Source: Octopus sinensis
Taxonomy: Eukaryota
Direction of reading: 5' to 3'
DNA: 64,000 bases
Assembly (NCBI RefSeq): GCF_006345805.1
Contig: NC_042997.1
Location: 88,660,001 to 88,724,000, forward strand
Position 1 is the stretch's first letter. Each line of letters begins with the position of its first letter. Below are positions 60,971-64,000 of this stretch, in pieces. The notes below the pieces were generated by a model. It had not been told where the DNA came from and did no database searches. It saw only the letters and a list, made by a program, of their open reading frames with translations. A program made the translations under genes and the position numbers.

Positions 60971-62037
60971 TTTTTTTTTCCCCCCCAGAGTTAAATCTCC
61001 TAGGGTTTGTCCGCACATTAAATTTTACAGCCTTTACAATGTCCAAAGATTATTGAGCAGCATTTTGATACTTGGTGTGAATCATCATGGATGATACAGG
61101 TAACCTTTTTCCAGTATTCAGATGGCTTAAGATGGTGAGCTGGCAGAATTGTTACTGCATTGGGCAAAATGCTTAGCAGCATTTCATCTGTCTTTACGTT
61201 CTGAGTTCAAATTCCGCCAAGGTCGTCTTTGCCTTTCATCCTTTTGGGATCAATAAAATAAGTACCAGTTGAGCACTGAGGTCAATGTAATCAACTTACA
61301 CCCTCCTTCCAAATTGCTGGCCTTGTGCTAAAATTTGAAGCCAATATTCAGATGGCTTCCAGTCCTCCATGTTAGCTCACTTTCTCTTAACTACAACTTA
61401 TCTTTATGCTCTGCAATACCATTGATTGTTCAACAGTACATAAAGCTGTACCTGAATAAGGGAGACAAAAAAAATCATCAAATGTAGCCTGAACACCCTG
61501 TATGTATGTATGTGCCCAACCATCCTTAATCATTGTTGGTTTGTTTACATCTCTATGACCTTGTAGTTTGGCATCTATTGACTAAATAGGTAAAAGAAAG
61601 AAAAAGAAAAAAAAGATTGACTCTTGATCTGAGCGGAACAGCAAAAATCATAGCATTTCATTCTCTTCGTCCTCTGGACTAGCTTATAAAAAAATTAGCA
61701 ATATAATGTTTTTTTCCTTTTTCTAGTTTCACAGTACACCAGAGAGGCAGGAGTGAGAAATCTGGAACGAACAATTGCAGCCGTGTGCCGTGCTGTGGCT
61801 GTTCAGGTGGCTGAAACTTATTCACCCAGTCTACCATTGAAGCAAGAAGACGATTCAAAACCAACCAGCACAACAGATGCAGAGGAAGAGAATGGGAAAA
61901 CTACAACTGCAGACACAACAGACGATAGTTCTATCGGTGACAACCTTGAGACTACTGTCGCTGAGTTATCTCCCATGGCTCACCCTCCTGACACGCCTAT
62001 TGTTATTGATGAAACTGCTCTAGAGGATATACTTGGA
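37726..62037 (+). CDS. LONP2: Peroxisomal Lon protease homolog 2, 3'-partial: join of 37726-37829, 44383-44473, 45360-45558, 47357-47472, 48329-48481, 48880-49049, 50786-50884, 53942-54016, 55710-55895, 57422-57569, 58469-58548, 60596-60828, 61727-62037 (655 codons; protease domain outside window)
   Basis: Manual splicing keeps frame. It has a LON N-domain starting [14 protein letters not shown], the LONP2-type [22 protein letters not shown] segment, Walker A GPPGVGKT, Walker B VFLFDE, DRME Arg finger and YTREAGVR. There is no mitochondrial presequence. Confidence 0.96.
38816..39445 (-). mobile_element. CR1-group LINE 3' end with internal deletion
   Basis: Homologous to 3661-4335 and 18775-19330; same (ATT)n tail. 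Confidence 0.9.
39795..39978 (-). mobile_element. Family A SINE
   Basis: gaaaggatgaaaggcaaagtc..atttgaactcagaatg..gctaagcattt. Confidence 0.85.
40235..42025 (-). mobile_element. Tx1/L1-clade LINE 5' half: ORF1 (CCHC knuckle) and ORF2 AP-endonuclease; RT absent
   Basis: ORF 41528..42010 with [17 protein letters not shown] 40321..40914 with [37 protein letters not shown], then a frameshifted DHKFV. Confidence 0.92.
43205..43790 (-). mobile_element. RTE-clade LINE 3' end
   Basis: Homologous to 51415-51900; (ATG)n-type tail. Confidence 0.75.
44383..44473 (+). CDS. LONP2: LONP2 exon 2 ([30 protein letters not shown])
   Basis: tttcag|C...ACT|gtaagt. Confidence 0.93.
45360..45558 (+). CDS. LONP2: LONP2 exon 3 ([27 protein letters not shown]...)
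   Basis: ttttag|GAT...G|gtaaga. Confidence 0.96.
46213..46602 (+). mobile_element. tRNA-derived SINE family B (full length, internal (TA)(TG)n)
   Basis: gctgtgtggtaagaagc..gggttcagtcccactg..ggcaccttgagcaagtgtc..ccagcatagctgcagtcaaatgactgaaac. Confidence 0.88.
47357..47472 (+). CDS. LONP2: LONP2 exon 4 ([38 protein letters not shown])
   Basis: ttgcag|AT...AAA|gtaagt. Confidence 0.92.
47830..47905 (-). mobile_element. CORE-SINE-like remnant
   Basis: ttgacag..aattgaggcacag..aagtaccttg resembles the reverse-strand MIR/CORE consensus; short and diverged. Confidence 0.35.
48329..48481 (+). CDS. LONP2: LONP2 exon 5 ([13 protein letters not shown]...LPLIVRQIE)
   Basis: ttccag|AAA...GAG|gtaatg. 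Confidence 0.96.
48880..49049 (+). CDS. LONP2: LONP2 exon 6 ([10 protein letters not shown]...[11 protein letters not shown])
   Basis: cccag|GCT...AA|gtaatg. Confidence 0.92.
50786..50884 (+). CDS. LONP2: LONP2 exon 7 ([33 protein letters not shown])
   Basis: tttag|A...AG|gtaagt. Confidence 0.95.
51415..51900 (-). mobile_element. RTE-clade LINE 3' end
   Basis: ORF 51639..51992 contains [37 protein letters not shown]. Confidence 0.88.
53000..53455 (+). mobile_element. R4/Dong-like non-LTR retrotransposon RT fragment
   Basis: [26 protein letters not shown] (ORF 53001..53249), then frameshifted [12 protein letters not shown] and LLPEEQK. Confidence 0.75.
53942..54016 (+). CDS. LONP2: LONP2 exon 8 ([25 protein letters not shown])
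   Basis: tttcag|G...AG|gtgatg. Confidence 0.96.
   Translation, partial: ELSRTYGGTSLVKKQQGHIGHCPS
54318..55080 (+). mobile_element. piggyBac-like internally deleted element, TTAA-flanked, inserted into a family B SINE
   Basis: TTAA at 54314-54317 and 55081-55084; ends CCCTCTGGTGG / CCACGGAAGG; subterminal IR GTGCAGTGGG (54328-54337) / CCCACTGCAC (55031-55040). ORF 54427..54840 ends in a piggyBac-type Cys-rich domain ([28 protein letters not shown]). Confidence 0.88.
55710..55895 (+). CDS. LONP2: LONP2 exon 9 ([23 protein letters not shown]...[12 protein letters not shown]...EFH-R), Walker A
   Basis: ttgtag|A...CG|gtgaga; not in the ORF track. Confidence 0.98.
56795..57030 (+). mobile_element. 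tRNA-derived SINE with V-domain-like core
   Basis: tggttaggctgttg.. head; cagctgtgaatgggta..atggactggcatc core. Confidence 0.5.
57422..57569 (+). CDS. LONP2: LONP2 exon 10 ([26 protein letters not shown]...FDEIDKM), Walker B
   Basis: tttcag|A...ATG|gtaaat. Confidence 0.98.
58469..58548 (+). CDS. LONP2: LONP2 exon 11 ([27 protein letters not shown])
   Basis: ttttag|AAT...CA|gtatcc. Confidence 0.97.
59985..60435 (+). mobile_element. Family B SINE
   Basis: gcgtggctgtgtggtaagaagcttgcttccc..ggcggtgctccagcatggctgtagtcaa. Confidence 0.88.
60596..60828 (+). CDS. LONP2: LONP2 exon 12 ([18 protein letters not shown]...DRMEII...TIKLI)
   Basis: cccag|C...A|gtatgg. An in-frame alternative acceptor lies 6 nt upstream. 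Confidence 0.96.
61133..61342 (+). mobile_element. Family A SINE
   Basis: tggtgagctggcagaattgtta..ggccttgtgctaaaatttgaa. Confidence 0.9.
61727..62037 (+). CDS. LONP2: LONP2 exon 13 ([22 protein letters not shown]...ALEDILG)
   Basis: ttctag|TT...GGA|gtaaga; sensor-2 region plus an acidic/Thr-rich linker. Confidence 0.96.
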
Positions 62038-62171
62038 GTAAGACGTTTGGATTCTTTCTCTTAGTCAAATCTCATAAACCACCACCACTACCACTACTAC
62101 TACTATTATCATCACTACTTCTGTTATCTTTATCACAACCATTCCATTGTTAATATTACTATTATCACTAA

Positions 62172-62378
62172 GGCAGTGAGCTGGTTGATTCGTTAGCACA
62201 CTGCAAAATGCTTAGCAGTATTTTGTTCATCTTTATGTTCTGACTTCAAATTCCGCCAAAGTCGACTTTGCCTTTCATCCTTTCAGGGTCGATAAAAAAG
62301 CACCAGTTGAATCTTGGGGTGAAATTAATCGACTTAACCTGTCCTCTGAACTTGCTGGCCTTGTGCCAAAATCTGAAA
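62172..62378 (+). mobile_element. Family A SINE
   Basis: ggcagtgagctgg..caaattccgccaaagtcgactttgcc..ggccttgtgccaaaatctgaa. Confidence 0.9.
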
Positions 62379-64000
62379 TTGATATTACTATAACCACTAT
62401 TCATGATGTTTGGCCAAAATTTCTTCATGAATTATGCTTGTATCTTTGTTTTGATTCCCTATCATCATGTTACTTACTATATTACTGTGTCTGTCCATGT
62501 GTGTGCATGTACACCTGTGTTATTATACGATAAGGTGATGCAGTATCTTTAAAAACTACATCTGTAATCCAGCTTCATTTCCACTTTTAAATGACATCAC
62601 TCATGTCACTAATACTCCAAGAAAAGACTTGGACATTTACAACCTCTCACTCTGTTTTTTTCCTGAAAGATGTTATGCCTATGCAAAAAATAACAAAGCA
62701 AAAAGAAAACCCAGTTAATACTCAACAAATTAAAGTTGTGATAGGATTCTGCAGTAGTGACTGTTGTATGGTCTTTAATTGGGTACTGTAATCTTGAATT
62801 CAATATCTATTACGATTCAGCATTGGTCTCATGTTTTGTTCCCTTTTACATGTCTTAGGAGAGATGATAGAGCAATGTCTATGATCCTTTTCAGGGCCAC
62901 TAAGATTGGTGGAGAGAAAAGAGGGAGTTATTCTTGTACCAGAGATATGTCCTGAATGCTTTCAGTAGATTGTACTCTATTAAAGGCATCTGAAGGTCAG
63001 TTGGTAGTGTTGAGTTAGCAGATTAAATCTAATGCCTAAAAACAAGAACAGTCCCTTCAGGCTTCTGTATAATTTTCATTTATCTCATTTTACTTGCAGG
63101 GTTTTGATCAACCCAAAGCTATAGTTAAAGGTATTTGACCCAAGGTGTTATGCAATGGGAGTGAATCTGAAATCGTGTGGTTGCAAAATAAACTCCTTAA
63201 CCACAAAGCCATATATTTCTTTCTTGAAAAACATCTCAAATCTTCCTCTTCTTATGCCTCATCACCATAATTATCATCACTATCATTATCATCTTCATCA
63301 TGTGGATTGTGGTATTGGTAGAGTCTGAACTAAATGCTTTACAGCATTCAATTATATTGCACTACATTTTGAGTTCAAATCCTACTGAGTTTGTTAAACA
63401 TATGCTAGTGGCTAATCAATTGTCATTACTGATTGCTGAAATATTTGGCCTTATACCAACATAAACCGTTATTCTCTCATGGATTAAGTAGAGACTGAGT
63501 AATTGGATGATGTTATGATTTTAGTACAGGTAATATGCTTAATAGCTAATAAATAGTTTGACAAGACATGAGTGTGGAGAAAAGTTATGTGTTTTAATAG
63601 GAGTGAAGATTGTATAAAGTTAAGGAGTAAATCTAAAAGGTGAGTTAATGTGTTTCTTTGGAAGAAAGTGATTGGTAGATTGATTTTAGTTATAGACAAC
63701 AGTATTGCTATGAAATTGAGGCATAGGGATAAAGCCGGGGCAAGTATTGTCATGATTAGTGGTGAGTAAAGGAAATGGATATCCTGGAAGAAGGAAGAGA
63801 CTTGTGTGATGGCTGGAATTTTGTATTATATTGGTTTTACTGTCATCACCCATCAGATAAGGAAATAGTTTGCAGAGAGGACTTGGGAATTGGAATTGTT
63901 TATTTTATATTTTGTGTTTTTTAGGAATTGAAAATTAATGACAGCTATTTTATTTGTAGCCACCTATGTATTACAATGAAATGTCTGAGCGTTTGTCCCA

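Noticed and set aside
59985-63210. Opposed family B SINEs flanking LONP2 exons 12-13 as a circRNA/editing driver
   Set aside because: By eye only about 65% identical over about 120 bp and 3 kb apart; too weak to support pairing.
63480-63900. Possible degenerate Penelope-type RT on the minus strand
   Set aside because: Only vague residue similarity with no intact motif; needs a profile search.
62038-64000. LONP2 exon 14 (start of the protease domain)
   Set aside because: No frame with PGVAxGLAWT-like sequence was found; the intron runs past the window end.

Overview
This is an AT-rich, intron- and repeat-dense animal genomic window, most likely from an octopod cephalopod (inferred from the tRNA-derived SINE families and long (TA)n arrays). 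It holds two spliced genes arranged head to head, neither fully captured by the ORF track. On the minus strand is a complete imidazolonepropionase AMDHD1 (8 coding exons, 29519->2323, 441 aa). On the plus strand are the first 13 coding exons of the peroxisomal Lon protease LONP2 (37726->62037, 655 codons); its protease domain and stop lie beyond the window. All exons were spliced by hand, have GT-AG boundaries and keep frame. Introns carry remnants of Penelope-like, CR1, RTE, Tx1/L1, CRE and R4 retroelements, mariner, hAT and piggyBac DNA transposons, MITEs, SINEs and a probable solo LTR. The most notable non-genic signals are: (1) a minimal type I hammerhead ribozyme in the 3' repeat of the Penelope-like element; (2) an ORF-less element with tandem and inverted pseudo-LTR architecture and a perfect 20-bp hairpin; (3) a mariner derivative built from two inverted 5' ends; (4) three long, closely spaced inverted-repeat pairs; (5) several cleanly resolved nested insertions. 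I see no evidence of a wholly new protein system. No database searches or folding programs were run; family names come from motif recognition, and repeat boundaries are approximate unless a TSD or TIR is given.
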